A stretch of 64,000 bases of DNA from Amoebidium appalachense (GCA_963693365.1 CAVNZM010000017.1:5198708-5262707); one strand, 5' to 3'; positions 1-26,310 are shown, counted from the stretch's first letter. Made by a program: numbers and translations. The notes: generated by a model from the sequence alone, not told the origin.

Positions 1-370
1 GGAAGAGGGTGGCGGGAGGAGGGGGGGAAGGAGGGGGGGGGGGGGGAGGGGGGGAGTAAAGGTGTGTTAGAAAGTACAAGGCACACATTCATGATTGAGA
101 AAATAATGGGGATTTTCGAACGCACACACAAAGAGAGCAATCATTTTATTAAGCCCTTTGAGCGGGCGGAGGGGGGGGGGGGGGGGGGGGGGGAGGGGGG
201 AGGGAGGGAGGGGGGATTGTTACATATTTCATTTTCTCTGTTGTATCTTGCTACACTTTCGGCTGTGGTGCTACCCCCCCCCCCCCCCCCCCCCGAGACC
301 CCCTACACACCCCCTCACCCCCACCCACCCTCAAACCCCCACCCCCACCCCTTGTACCGCGTGTGCGCGC

Positions 371-551
<181 letters not shown>

Positions 552-1078
552 ATATGCCCATGCATGTGTGTTTGTTCAGGGAAAAGTTGGAATGACGATA
601 AAAAAGGCCAGAGGAATCGAAGCAACAAAAGGATTGAAAAACATCAGTGTGTAGGCTATTTTGCAGGTGTGGGATGTGCATATATGTCCGTGCTCATCCC
701 CACGTGCAAGTGTGACTGCGTGCATATGCACCGACCCAACCTTATTCATGTTAGTATGTGCGTGTGTACCTGTGTATGCTTGTGTACGTGCGCGCGCTTC
801 TGTAATGATGCACGGACGCATCCCCAAATGTGTATTTCGCTATTTGATATTGTGCATGTGACTCAGGGGATCAGGAGCAAAACAGAGGTGGCGTGTGTGT
901 GTGTGTGTGCATGCCTGTCTGTGTATGTGTGTTGTGTTTATGTGTCTCTCTGTGTATGTGTACATGCCTGTCTGTGTATGTGTGTGTGTGTGTGTTTATG
1001 TGTCTCTCTCTGTGTGTGTGTGTGTGCATGCCTGTCTGTATGTGTGTGTGTGTGTTTATGTTTCTGTGTGTGTGTGGG

Positions 1079-1111
<33 letters not shown>

Positions 1112-1139
1112 GGACAGAGGGAGGAAGGGGTGTTTATAC

Positions 1140-13414
<12,275 letters not shown>

Positions 13415-13858
13415 TTTCTGCCTTATTGCACTTCCTTGCCTCACGCTTCTTAACTTCCAGTGGCCATAAAGCCTGATTCTGCTTATGAAATCTACATAAA
13501 GAAACGTGAGCTCCTAGCTTGCAAACTTACGAAGTGCCAACCTGAACTTGGCTTGGCTGAGCCACAGTGCTAGAGCCAGGTTACGAATTAGAGAATTCTC
13601 CGAGGTTGTAAATGACAGATTCGAAACAGACACAGTCAGTCGCTTTTCCTCGTCTCTGTACACCAAAATGGGCATGTATCGACGTTTGATATTAACTTAC
13701 TCTACCCCCCCCTCGAGCTCCCCCCCCACCCCCCGCGCCCCCCCGGGCCCCCGATATGATCCCGGGCTTCCCCCCCACCCCCACCCCCAGGGTCCCCCCT
13801 CCCCACCCCCTCCCCCCCCGCCTCTTTTGATGCACACACACACACACACACACACACA

Positions 13859-13914
<56 letters not shown>

Positions 13915-13952
13915 TTCTCCCTCTTCTCTCTCTGTCTGTCTGTCTCTCTCTC

Positions 13953-13985
<33 letters not shown>

Positions 13986-14123
13986 TCTCTCTCTCAGACA
14001 GTATCTCTCTCTTTCTCTCTCTCTCTTTGCATCTTCCCTCCCCCTCTAAATGTGGCTCTACCCCTCTTTCCATGTTCGCCACCCATCTGTTCTTCTCCTT
14101 CAACCCGCCTCTTCCTCCCAGAT

Positions 14124-14155
<32 letters not shown>

Positions 14156-14177
14156 ACGTCGCCTTCCCCCCTGCATA

Positions 14178-14226
<49 letters not shown>

Positions 14227-14790
14227 GCACGCACACACACACACACACAACGGGAAAAAAGGCAAGAGAAACTACAGGCCGATGCAAACATCAGCTGCAC
14301 ATGCGATGTTGTATTGTCCTTGCTTTCCGCTGATAATGTTGTATTGTGCTTCCTTTCCGCTGATAAACTTTGCCTTATGATAGTCTCAGAAGAAATGATA
14401 ATAGAAAAGCGGCACAGGGCTTTAAGGCAAATGTGGTTGTGCTCATTTTTAGAATAGGGTGGAAAGAAAACAGCTCATGGGATCTCTCACGTAACACAGT
14501 TTTCCCTGTGGTTCTCTTTCCTATTTTCTTGGTGGCATGCGGAAACCAGTCCAGCACTCTTTGCCACAGTACACAACAGCTTGCAGCTGGGTGGGTCCTC
14601 GAATAACTTATATATACATACATACGGGGTACTCGCATTCTAGTCACGGTTATTCGCTTGAGTTTCGCTTGAATTCTTTCTTCACATTCATACCGGTGCA
14701 GATCACTATAAACAAAGGCAAAAACTCTTATGTACAAAAAGTGCATCATTTCCGTGCTATATATATATGTAAAACCAGCATGAAGGAAAC

Positions 14791-16092
14791 TTAGTTTCCG
14801 CTAGCGACACGCGTTGCACGTTGCGCAGTCAGGTACTTTTCACTCTCGGAAGCGCTAGAATCTGCCCTGATCCTATTCTTATACGCAATCAATCTCTGCA
14901 GAGTAACCCTTCTATCACGTGTTAAACCCCCACGTGATTTCCACTCAGTGCTACCCGAGCTTTCGGCGCTGCATGTGCTACTGCCGGAGTCAATCTTCCC
15001 GATGGTCAGGTTTTCAGCGCTTAAACATGAGCACGAATCCACTTGCACCACCTCATAGCTATCCAAGCTGTCGAGCGTGTCCGTGCGCATGGCAGCCAAA
15101 CTGCATCCATCATCCAAATCGTTCGTCAGCTGGACACCACTCAAGACCAATTCTAGCTCGTGCATGCTTGTAGCTGACGGGGCAACTTCGATCCTTGGAA
15201 TGCTCAACAGTGATGAACCAGGAGAAAGGGCGGGGCACGCTTCGAACTTGTCGCAGAGGACGGGGCTAAGAACAGGAATGATGCATGGCTCGCTCTTTGC
15301 ACGTTCGTACCGGCGCCTCTCACCGATGCCCATGTTATACGTTTCGGTGTTGTCTGCGCGCGTGCTGTCGATCTGAAGGGAAACAACAGAAGAGACACGC
15401 ATCGCGTCGCACCACTGCGAATCGCTCGAGCGAGCAGGGACCACGTCGCTGCCCCTCGAAAGCTCCTGTGCGCCAATGTTCAACATGGGCGTGCCTTCTG
15501 TAGGGACACACGGACGAACCATGCTCCTGACTAAGCCCCCCTCTGGCGTGAGCTTGTAAACCTTCCAGCGGGAGTCAGAAAAATGCTTGCGGTCCACCTT
15601 TGATGGCTTGCCACCCATGGCGTTCCGAACCATCACCACCTCGCTGAAATCGCACAACTTCTGGCCGAGCTTAACGCATGTGCCTCGTCCGTATTTCTCT
15701 GTCGGTTCGCTCGCTCTCTTGGGCGGGGAGACGCAGACGTACTTGACGAGCCAGTCGACTAACTCCTTGCCAGTGAACTCCCCGTTACTAGTTCGTTTCA
15801 AGAGCGGTGTTGCATGTTTGGCTTTGGGGCTGGACGGAAGGGGGCCGCTCATTGTTGTGGTTTTCACTACCAGACTGCGTGTAACTTCTTTTGCTTCGGA
15901 TTTTCCTGTACTGTTTAAGGTGCTTGAGCGTGATCTACTGCTACCTGCGAAACTGAGATCATCGTTTGAGCCCTCACTACCTTGCATGCTATCGCGAAAT
16001 GAGTTGCGTTTGAAAGAGGGCGTGTCTAGCCATTGTTCTAGAGCTGAGAGCATGTCAGCCCACCAGCGGACGTGCTTGTATGTGTCAGCCAT
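14791..16092 (-). CDS. Intronless DEP-domain protein (433 aa)
   Basis: Long ORF free of microsatellite. DEP-like segment FTGKELVDWLVKY...RGTCVKLGQKLCD...HFSDSRWKVYKL between Ser-rich disordered regions. TATA-like TATATA near 16225-16232. Confidence 0.75.
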   Translation of the reverse strand: MADTYKHVRWWADMLSALEQWLDTPSFKRNSFRDSMQGSEGSNDDLSFAGSSRSRSSTLNSTGKSEAKEVTRSLVVKTTTMSGPLPSSPKAKHATPLLKRTSNGEFTGKELVDWLVKYVCVSPPKRASEPTEKYGRGTCVKLGQKLCDFSEVVMVRNAMGGKPSKVDRKHFSDSRWKVYKLTPEGGLVRSMVRPCVPTEGTPMLNIGAQELSRGSDVVPARSSDSQWCDAMRVSSVVSLQIDSTRADNTETYNMGIGERRRYERAKSEPCIIPVLSPVLCDKFEACPALSPGSSLLSIPRIEVAPSATSMHELELVLSGVQLTNDLDDGCSLAAMRTDTLDSLDSYEVVQVDSCSCLSAENLTIGKIDSGSSTCSAESSGSTEWKSRGGLTRDRRVTLQRLIAYKNRIRADSSASESEKYLTAQRATRVASGN

Positions 16093-19022
16093 TCTGTGTT
16101 TTTTGGCGTAAAAACTCGAGAATGGAAACGTAGTTTTGTCCGTGTTTTCTAAGGATTCATGTCCACTTTTCGGTGTTGGAGGAACCGTGAAGTGTGCCTA
16201 GAGCGTCCGGAAGGTGTGCGTTTGGTATATATAGTTGGATGAATCCCCCTAGTTAGATGATCAATGCACATGGAAGAATTTTTTTTTTGGGTTTACCTAT
16301 GTAAAGGTGTAGGTATAATGCACGGCAATGTGACGGCATGCTTGGGAGGCAAGAGTTAAAAACCTAAGTTTTGAAATAGTGATTGCATACTAATAAACCT
16401 CCTGTATGAAAAATTTATATAGATACTCAACGTGACAACGGCAGAATATAAAATAAAGAAGGATTTATGAATATATCCGAATTTCATGAACATGAGATCA
16501 AAAAATTTAAAGGCTCCTCAGTCACTCATAGGCTTCTGAAATTCAGTAAACTTGGATAATGAATATTCTAATGGTGGCTTTATTTTTAACACCTGATCTA
16601 CGCAAACATTCTTCCTCGGCTTTTGTCTGTTGTAGTACCCTGCATATAAGAGACAGCCTCAGTCTCAGCCTGTAGAGTTCTAAGTTCTTGAGCATGTTTT
16701 GGCTGAATTCGAAAACGACGAGGTCTTTGGGGATAAATTTAATGGAATTGTATTCTGACTCCCATAGACACACGTTGATTGATCTAGTTCATCCAATAGG
16801 ATTCAAACGTGGAACCTGCACATTGTGCTGATTGGCTGCGGAGTCCCGAGCCAAGCCAAATGACTCCAATAGAAAGAACCAATAGGAGCGCACACCGACA
16901 TCTTTACTTTTGTTTGATTGGTAGAAAGATCTCAACATTGCCCAACAACTGTGCGATACTTATCGCGGATTGGCTACGATAGAAACCCCTGAATCCCCCA
17001 AACCTTCCTATTGTGGGGCGGGTCGTTTGTGTGTAACGATTTTTTTAACCATGCTTCAAGGAATTTGAGACCCCATATCCATATGTGTGTAACAGTATGT
17101 AACTAGTAACTACGGAAAATGGAGCTTTGTTATACCAGAATCCCCCTTATTAGTTTAAGATTATTGATTTTCACTATATGTAGGACCACATCCAGTTCTA
17201 TGTCTGTAACGGAATTTTGCGTGGCCCAAATCCCGATTCCCGAAACTGGATAATCGTAAATCAATAAAGTCATTAAAAAAATCCGCTTGTTTACACACAT
17301 ACGACTAGCCCCACACATATGAGTTTTGGGGGATCCAACCCCGGCGTTTTTGGCGCCAAACTTGGCAGGGGCCGCAGGCCAACGTGCAGTCGGCGATATA
17401 ACTTGATCAGAATAGGTCAATTTCCCACCACGTGGTGGCCCACTGGTGGGCTTGAAGTAAGGAAAGTGCACAACCACAAAGCATTTTACTTTCCGAGTTC
17501 TTTACTGTAGTGTACATTATACCCGTGTGGCGTCAGGTCACCAGAATTTTCCGGCATTGCGGCTCAGAGGACAGTCAGCACATGCAGCATCCTGGCATCG
17601 TATGATCATATCCAGGACAATGCGAAATTGTAGCCTACAATAAGGTACGTGTGGGCAACCGTTTGAGTACTGCGTACGCACTGAATGCGGTGCCGTCACT
17701 GCCGTGGCCCGTGGGCCGTGGCTCACTGAGAAGCTGAGCCTTGGCCGTTGCCAGTCATGAGGCAGTCCGTGACTGCACACGCGCGTCGCCAATGCATGTC
17801 ACATGGCGTACCGTTCTGTATGCCTTATTTGCGCTCTACAGCACATATATGCATGCAGTGACCCTATGACACAAAGCTTTTTGATTTCATTGCATTCAAT
17901 ATGTGCCACCCGCGCGCACCGCCATCAGGCCAGGCTGCAGTTCAAGTCGAATAATATACATGTACATAATAATAATGCTGACTTTCCAGTGCACGTGCCA
18001 ATATAATTTCACGTTCGATCCCTTCGTTATCCGACTTAAATTTAAAAGTAGCTCCAGCACTTGCAGGCTAGATCTTGTACAGGCCAAATATAGGTGGCAC
18101 TACAACTGTAGGTACGTGAGAATGACATGTATGGACTGAACCTGAATGAACGCCGAAGGCTTTCTACTGGTAGCTACTGGATGTACATTGCACAACTTGA
18201 ATTCTACACACAGTACGTGACATGTGTGCTCAACTCAGGGCAGTGTCTCACTCACTCATGAACGAACGTTACCTGGTGTTTCTTGGCATGCAGGAAGTAC
18301 GGCCGCGGTACAGCTCGTCTCAGGCAGATTGCAAACGATTCGGAACGCACTCTGAGCCTCAGTCACGTTGAGATCATCACTGCCAGCTCGAGATGGCCAT
18401 TCACACTCTCAGAGACTCATGTATCGTCACATAGTATCTTTGGCCACACAACGTGTCAGTCTGACTCAGATGTCGTGATCATTGCGATAATTCAAAATGT
18501 GGGCTCTGCATGAAGTTGAGACAACTTGAACCATCGTGAACGTGCCACGTGTCGCGCCCGCCGGGTTCACGGTTGCACTTTCCGGAAATTCACGCTCACA
18601 CGTTGTCAATCCGTGTCAAGGGTCAAGAACACGAGTCTCGGTCTGAGACTCTGGTGAATTCGAAACCAATAGGAAGAACGTGTTACTTTTTAGGAATGTG
18701 TTTACTCTGAACAAAAATGATAATTTTTAACGGCCGTTAAACAGTTCTGCACAGCTCTATGTAGATCTGTGCTAGGTCACACACTCAGGAACGAAGAGCA
18801 CGTGTCGCTCTGTTTTTTGTTCAGTGTTATGGTCACAGTGGCGCGCCAACTACAACCCTGACATGTGCACGTCAAATTTCACGTTGCTCGGCATGCATGG
18901 CCACCATTGGGAAGCTTGTTTTTGAAGCGGAGGTCTAGTTACATATGGGGGAGTGTTATGGGACTTTCACATTGAGCAGACAGCTGCTTGCAATTGGACA
19001 ACCCACTACTACTACTACTGCT

Positions 19023-19054
<32 letters not shown>

Positions 19055-19057
19055 GCA

Positions 19058-19101
<44 letters not shown>

Positions 19102-19387
19102 AACACATACACGAAGGTCCAAGGGGATCTCGAGGGGGGAAGGGGGGGGGGGGGGAGTGCACACATACACACACACGTGCACACACACACGTACACACAC
19201 ACACACGTGCACACACACGTACATGCACACACATGCACGCGCACACACGCACGCACATACGCGAACGCACGCGCACCGTGACACACACACACAACGTGAC
19301 ACACACACAGACAGGCGCACACACTGCGTGTGCGCACACACACACAGACAGACAGATAGACAGGCGCACACCCACACGCGCGCACGT

Positions 19388-19421
<34 letters not shown>

Positions 19422-19555
19422 TTCCCCTGATTGTCCTCCTTTTCCCTTTTGTCCCTTTCGGGTCCCTTTTCCTCAGCCCCCTCCCTAGCCCACTAACGGG
19501 CTCCACTTCTAATGTAAAAGGTGTGTGAATGGGGGGGCGGCAGCGGGGAGCTCGA

Positions 19556-19590
<35 letters not shown>

Positions 19591-20149
19591 TGGGGGAGGG
19601 GAGGGGAGGGAATGGGTTATACATGCTCACTCGGTGTGCCATGATCACAAAACAAGAAGGTACAGTATACGTATGATCAGTCGCGCCATGTCGGGCTCCC
19701 GATCACATCAAAACCATATGTGATCGGTGAACAAGCAGTATGATTCCTTAAAAATAGCAGTTAACTATCCAATAAGATCGCCACTCCGGGCTCATCAGAT
19801 AAAATGCAACCAATCAAGATGCGTATTTTGCACATTCCTATTCTCTTAAATTTTAACACGCACAGGGCCATCGCGACCAGGCACAAAACACGACACGTGT
19901 TTCGTAAACGGCCGTGCGCCGCTGCATCCACACTCCACCACATTTACGCACAAGGGGCGGCATGCACACCATTGCATAGAGCCAAACGCTGGCAACATGG
20001 CCGTGTTTGAGCCGTTGCCGTAGGACTAGTACAACACGAGTTATTAGTTTTGCGACATGGGCACTTTGTCAGGAAAAACGAAATTTACTAAAGCGTCAAA
20101 AACTCTAGAAAAACATAAGAATACCAATAGGCCGCACGAACTTCATGCT

Positions 20150-20722
20150 GTCTTCTTCCACCATGACGAGCAGCACCAACACCCTGCTCTAGTGTCCTCT
20201 ACCATGCCGAGCAGCACCAACACCCTGCTCTAGTGTCTTCTACCATGCCGAGCAGCACCATCACCCTGCTCTAGTGTCTTCTACCATGCCGAGCAGCACC
20301 ATCACCCTGCTCTGTGTCTTCTACCATGCCGAGCAACACCAACACCCTGCTCTAGTGTCTTCTACCATGCCGAGCAGCACCATCACCCTGCTCTAGTCTT
20401 CTACCATGCCGAGCAGCACCAACACCCTGCTCTAGTGTCTTCTACCATGCCGAGCAGCACCAACACCCTGCTCTAGTGTCTTCTACCATGCCGAGCAGCA
20501 CCAACACCCTGCTCTAGTGTCTTCTACCATGCCGAGCAGCACCAACACCCTGCTCTATTGTCTTCTACCATGCCGAGCAGCACCAACACCCTGCTCTAGT
20601 GTCTTCTACCATGCCGAGCAGCACCAACACCCTGCTCTAGTCTTCTACCATGCCGAGCAGCACCAACACACTGCTCTTCTTTCTTTCTTTTCCACCATGC
20701 AGAGCAGCACGAACACACTGCT
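20150..20722. repeat. 41-bp minisatellite, 14 units
   Basis: Unit CCATGCCGAGCAGCACCAACACCCTGCTCTAGTGTCTTCTA, head-to-tail, with units starting at 20161, 20202, 20243 ... 20695. The terminal units are degenerate. Confidence 0.95.
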
Positions 20723-21150
20723 TCGTCTTATTGTATTGTTTCTAACTTTCCGAACATTTTTTCTTGCTTATACCCTTTTATTTTCCCCCGGGTCACTCCT
20801 GGCTAGGTGTTGGTTGAAGTGAGTTTGCTCAATCCCCACTAGCGTGACTGCGGCAACCCCGTGGGCTAAGAATTGCCAGAATATGTAGTGACAGTCGGGA
20901 TTATGTATCCTGACTTATAGTTGCACTATGTAGAGAGCACATTCGTGTGTCTACTGTGGAAGACGTTAGCTCCCCTTAGGCAGTGCCTCCGGGAGTGAAA
21001 CGGGATAAAATAAAAAAATAAAATAAAATATAAAAAAAACAGTATACGTATGATTGCCAACCAAATCCCCCCCCCCTCCCCCCCCCCCCCCCTCCCTCCC
21101 TCCCCACGGCCACCTACCCACTCACCCATCCCCCCCCCTAACCCCACGGC

Positions 21151-21155
<5 letters not shown>

Positions 21156-21238
<83 letters not shown>

Positions 21239-21305
21239 AGATCTCTCTCTCTCTAGATCTCTCTCTCTAGATCTCTCTCTCTCTCTAGATCTCCCTTCTC
21301 TCCGT

Positions 21306-21386
<81 letters not shown>

Positions 21387-21470
21387 CCTCCCTCCCTCCC
21401 TCCCTCCCTCCCTCCCTCAATCCCTCCCTCCCTCAATCCCTCCCTCCCTCAATCCCTCCCTCCCTCCCTC
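21156..21470. repeat. (CT)n / (CCCT)n microsatellite
   Basis: Seen directly, interrupted by CTAGAT units. Confidence 0.9.
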
Positions 21471-24002
21471 CCTCCCCGGAGACAAGCACTCCCCCTTTCT
21501 CTGATTCAACCTTGACTCTTCAAATTGTCCCATAGTGTAACAATTTTTCGATGGTTTTGTTTACAGCTCATTTCTGGGCCCTTTCTCTGTGTGTCTGTCT
21601 GCGCCGAGGGGGAAGGGCCCATCAAAAAGTTTTACCAACAACGGCAAAATTTGATTCAAAACAAACCGTAATTAATTATTTGTAGTACGTGTTGCACTGT
21701 AACCATCAAAGTATACTTTAAATTCATGAAACCTCAGTGTAATTGCTTCAAGCTCCTAAATGATCGGATGATCACTAATGATTAGTGAAAATGTTTTTTT
21801 GATTACTACATATGAAATCGAGTCCACGTCAAATGATGATCATGATAGGCCCCGGGGGCTGGTGAAACTCCGTAGAGAATGGTGGGAGGTTGAGGAAGAG
21901 GGGGCGGGGGGGAGGGGGGGGGATGGGGGGAGTGTAGTTGAGGGGGGGAACGCGTGGGTGGGCAGGGTCATTGGGGTGGGGGACTGGGGACGAGAAAGGA
22001 GGGGAGCTCGAGGGGGAGGAGGGAGTGTCGAGATGTCACAGACAGACATAACACCAGCGTAGAGACTTGCCCTGTTAATGGGAACTGGAAGTCTTCAGGA
22101 GTTGTGTGTTTGTGTGCACCGTTGCTTTTGGCCTAGTTAGGGAGAGGGGAGGGGGAGGGGGAAGGGGGGGTTCGGGTGGGGGTCTGTCATATGTATTCTG
22201 CAGTTCATGTTACAGGAAAAAGGGGCATATCCTTGTCAATGAGGTAATGTCAAAATCTATGTACCGGTCAGCTTGAGGAGAAAGAGCCGAGGCTCGTTAA
22301 ACTCTCTTATGACTGCAGCATGATGGCCATTCGCCGGTGGTGAGGGGGGGAGGGGGGGGGGGGAGGGGAGCCGGGAAGGGAGGGGGATGGGAAGGGGGGG
22401 GGAGGGGGGGGATTGACTCTAGTCTACTAGTAGAAGCACGAAAACTCAGCAGTATTTGGACAATACTCACACTTGGCTACATATGTATGTACTGTGATAA
22501 AGAAAGAGAGGCCAACTCAGGCCTGAAATTAGTACATAGACTGAAAAGGCACGGAAAACAAGTCACGGGAACAGAATCTTTTCCAAAGTCTTTGGCGTGG
22601 GAGTAGAAAAGCTCGTGTTTTTGGACTGCCTAACGTTAGCAAACCCTTATCTAGTGGTTGCCGAATTGATTTTCGGTGCAAAATCTCTCTGAGTTCTGTG
22701 AGAAGGAAAGGGGGAAGAAGCCCGGGGAGGGGAGGGGGGGGGGGGGGGGGGGGGGATGGTCGGAAGCGAGGAAAGGGGGAAGGGGGGAGGAGAGGGGGAA
22801 GGGGGGAGGGGGGATTGTCGGTAAAATATGGACTCGGTACTTGAGACACATGGGAGAGTGACCGTTTGCAGGGCATTTACAAACCTGACACATCGACTCA
22901 ATTGCAGAGTTGCACAAATTTCAACCCTGGGACTACCCCCCTCTTCCCCCACCCCCACCCCCCTCCCTACCCCTCTCCACCGCCCAAAGGGGGCGGTGAG
23001 ATGGGGCGAAGGGGGGGATAAACATTTCCAAACTCTCCTCGCACTTCTGAACATTCAATTTTGTCTGGTGGTGGTGGTGGTTGGAGGGCGGGGGGAACGG
23101 AGATCACTGGTGGTGGTTGTTTTAAGTTGAGGGGTGAAGGGGGAGAGGGGAGGGGAGGGGGGGGGGGGGGGGGGGGGAGGGGGGGGGGGGGGAGGGGGGG
23201 TAAGGGATTGGAAGGTAGTGGTGGTGGGGCGGGAGAGGTGGGTGGCGAGGGGAGAGAGAAGGGGGGGGGGGGGGGGAGGGGGGGGGGGAGGGGGGGGGGG
23301 GATGGGGATGGGAGGATTTTATGGCACCCGCTGCGTAATTTCACGGGAACTTTGAAATCCGCATTCAGGTCATGCCAATAGTATTTTAGGATGTTGGCGG
23401 CAAGGGTGTAGTGTTGACCAATGGAAAACGTACGGCCAGTCTTTGCCATTTTTGGTAACATTTCACCACCTTTCATTCGTCGACAGTGCATCGCATTATC
23501 ATACCATCCTCCATTCAAAACTCACCAATTGCAATGTACAGATACTGTTTTTTTGGTTTCTTATTGGTTTAGCGCTCGGCTTCAAGCCCATCGCGCGACA
23601 AACTCCCTGGACTTCTCAGATCGTGTGTACAGAATATGATCGCCGCGGTAACTCCTACACTCTGCAATCACGACCCTGGTCCCGCCATAGCAGACAGCAC
23701 TGGGGCCAAGGGATGCACAAGAACTGTTGTATCCCTTTAAAACCCCGAGGTAGGTGAGTGGGTGTAGTTGGGTGCGGGGCAGAGCGCCGGGGGGAGCCCG
23801 GGGATGGGGGAGGGAAGGATTCGGGCAGGGTTGGGTCGAGTGTCCCTAGTCAATGAGTTCTTAAGCAGATTCAAAGCTGGAGGGTTACTCGCACTTTTTT
23901 TCTCCGGGAAACCTTAGGTTCCCCCCCCGAAGGGGAAGGGGGGGGGGGGGGGGGGGGGGGGGGAGGCTCCAAAAATGACGTTGGTGCCCCCTCCCTCCCC
24001 GT

Positions 24003-24290
24003 CCCCCCCTGTCACAGGAAATTTTTGCACCAGGAATTTTTGCACTGGAGGTTGATGGAATAATTGGATTGTTGTGTCAATTGGGTTTTCACTGGGTGTT
24101 TTTGTGCTCATTGGTAACGGTTAGCATTCAAAATATAAATTACACGTTCCTAATGGCTGTGTTTTTGTTAAGTTTATGACATTTTTGGGTAGCCAAAGAA
24201 AGTCAGCATATGTCCCCCTAAACCCCCCATTACTGAGGAAACGGGGGGGGGGGGGGATAAATTTCCCGGTGCAAAAATTTCCTGTCACCT
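24003..24290. mobile_element. Possible MITE with ~21-bp inverted ends
   Basis: GTCACAGGAAATTTTTGCACC at 24011 and GGTGCAAAAATTTCCTGTCAC at 24268-24288. A third copy lies at 26947-26967. Confidence 0.45.
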
Positions 24291-25617
24291 CCCCCCCCCC
24301 CTCCCCCCCCCCTCCCCTCCCCTCCCCCCCCCCCCTCCCGCGAGATATTTGAAATAAGGGATTCCGAATCAAGATTCAATGTCCGGTATTTTCAAGTGAC
24401 GTTGAAAATATTTTTTATTTTTATAAAGAGAATCCAATAGCATGTTCACGCAAGTACTAAAAAATAATATGTATTAAGTAAATGTTTTTTGATATTCTTT
24501 GACTATTTATAGATAAATTTAAAATTTTAAATTAAATTTTTAGACAAATTATAATAGCTATTTCGCATAACAAAATGCGGTCAAATTTACATTTTGTTAC
24601 ATAACGCGAAACTGGCACAACCTCTTTAATATCAAGAGTCTCTATAGTACCAGGCAGAAAGCATTCCTGGATATGTTTGCAAATTCAGGTCAAGTCCACC
24701 CGCGAGCATGTAAAGCTATCCTACAATACAATCACTAATCAGGACAGTTTGTTTATCCTCTAGTTATCCAACGACACCTTTTGTTCATAGCTTAGCACTG
24801 CGGGTTATCTCGATTGTGTCTCCGCCTCTCCGGATCCGCAACAGCTGGGATAATGCCCCCACCTGAAGTGACCTAAGGTATACCGCCTGCCCTGGATAAG
24901 GACAGTCCGTGCGCTATGTTGATGGGGTCGCTACACCATATTTGCAATGCCCTGTGCACTACGTTTTTTTGTTTTCATCCCAGTCTTTTCCCATATCCTC
25001 TGTTTTTTTCTTTGCTTTTTTTCTCTCTTTTCTTTTCTTTTCTTTTTTCTTCTTCAAGGCTTCTTTTATCGCTGCAATGATGAAGTGTATAAGGCCCGCC
25101 CGCTACTAGGCGGGGCCGTGCAGGCTAGTTCAAATTTAATCTTTATAAATCTCAAATTATACCTTGAGATGGCTTTCAAAATACCTGCGTTTGCACTCAA
25201 AAACAACTTTTAAAGGCACCTTCAGATTTTACAAGGCTTCTTGCGTTCCTTTTGAGGATACACGCAGTTGCATGATTTTTGAAACTCATTTTTACGAAAG
25301 GGGGAGGCTACGTGCCACGTACGAGAAAACTCTGTCAAGGGGTATTTTATGATTGGTCCAAATCGAATCCCTCTCCCCCTGCCCCTCCTCCGAGCTTCCT
25401 CGTCAATCAACCCACCCTCGGTGAGCCTTGCTTCCCGCTAATACTTCTCACCTGGGCCCCCAGCCCATCCACTGTTAGGCGGCGATGCGGTCAGCAAGTG
25501 TAAGTTAGTAACTGTTCAAACTTACCTCCCTCTTCTCCCCCCCCTCCCTCTCCCCCACACCACCCTTCCTCCCCCTCTCCCTCCCTCTCTCTTCCTCCCG
25601 CCCCCCCCCCCCCCCCC

Positions 25618-25651
<34 letters not shown>

Positions 25652-26279
25652 CCACCACCACCACCAGATATTTAGATAGCAAAGGGGCAAAGGGACAAAG
25701 TGAAATTTATTGATGCATGAGGTTAGGTTTTGGGGTGGGTCCGGGGGGAGGGGGGCGGAGTGGGGGAAGGGGGGGGGGGGGGGGGGGAGGGGGGTCCCTG
25801 GGGAACGGAGGCGGGGGGAAAAAGGGGGAGGGGGGGAGGAGGGGTTGAGCCTACTAAACTTTCTGCAAAAAATGGACTCGATGAGGCATCAAAGGCTTAG
25901 TGACTGGATGCCGGAGGCAATATTGTGAACAGGGAGAGCTAAAGGTTCCGAATCGAAAGTTACTCACATGGGATGGTCATAGGGTACCGGGGGCAAAGGA
26001 GAGAGAAGGAGAGGGGGGGGGGGGGGGGGGAGGGGGGCAGGGGGGGAGGGGGGGGGGGGGAGGGGGGGGGCTGTGGGGAGGATCTACCATAACGTTAACG
26101 CTGCTAACAACTGACTCGATTATTGTGCTTCATGATAACGTATCGCTGGATATAGGTTAAAAAAAAAAGTTGGGAAGAGGGAGAGCTAAAGAGGGTTGAA
26201 ATAGAAAACCGATTAGAATAACGGTGTTAGCGCACGGGGTTAGTTTTTGGTGCTTGCCGGGAGAGGGGGGGGCGGGGGG

Positions 26280-26310
<31 letters not shown>

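Noticed and set aside
20150-20722. CRISPR array
   Set aside because: Units are head-to-tail with no unique spacers, there are no cas genes, and the context is eukaryotic.
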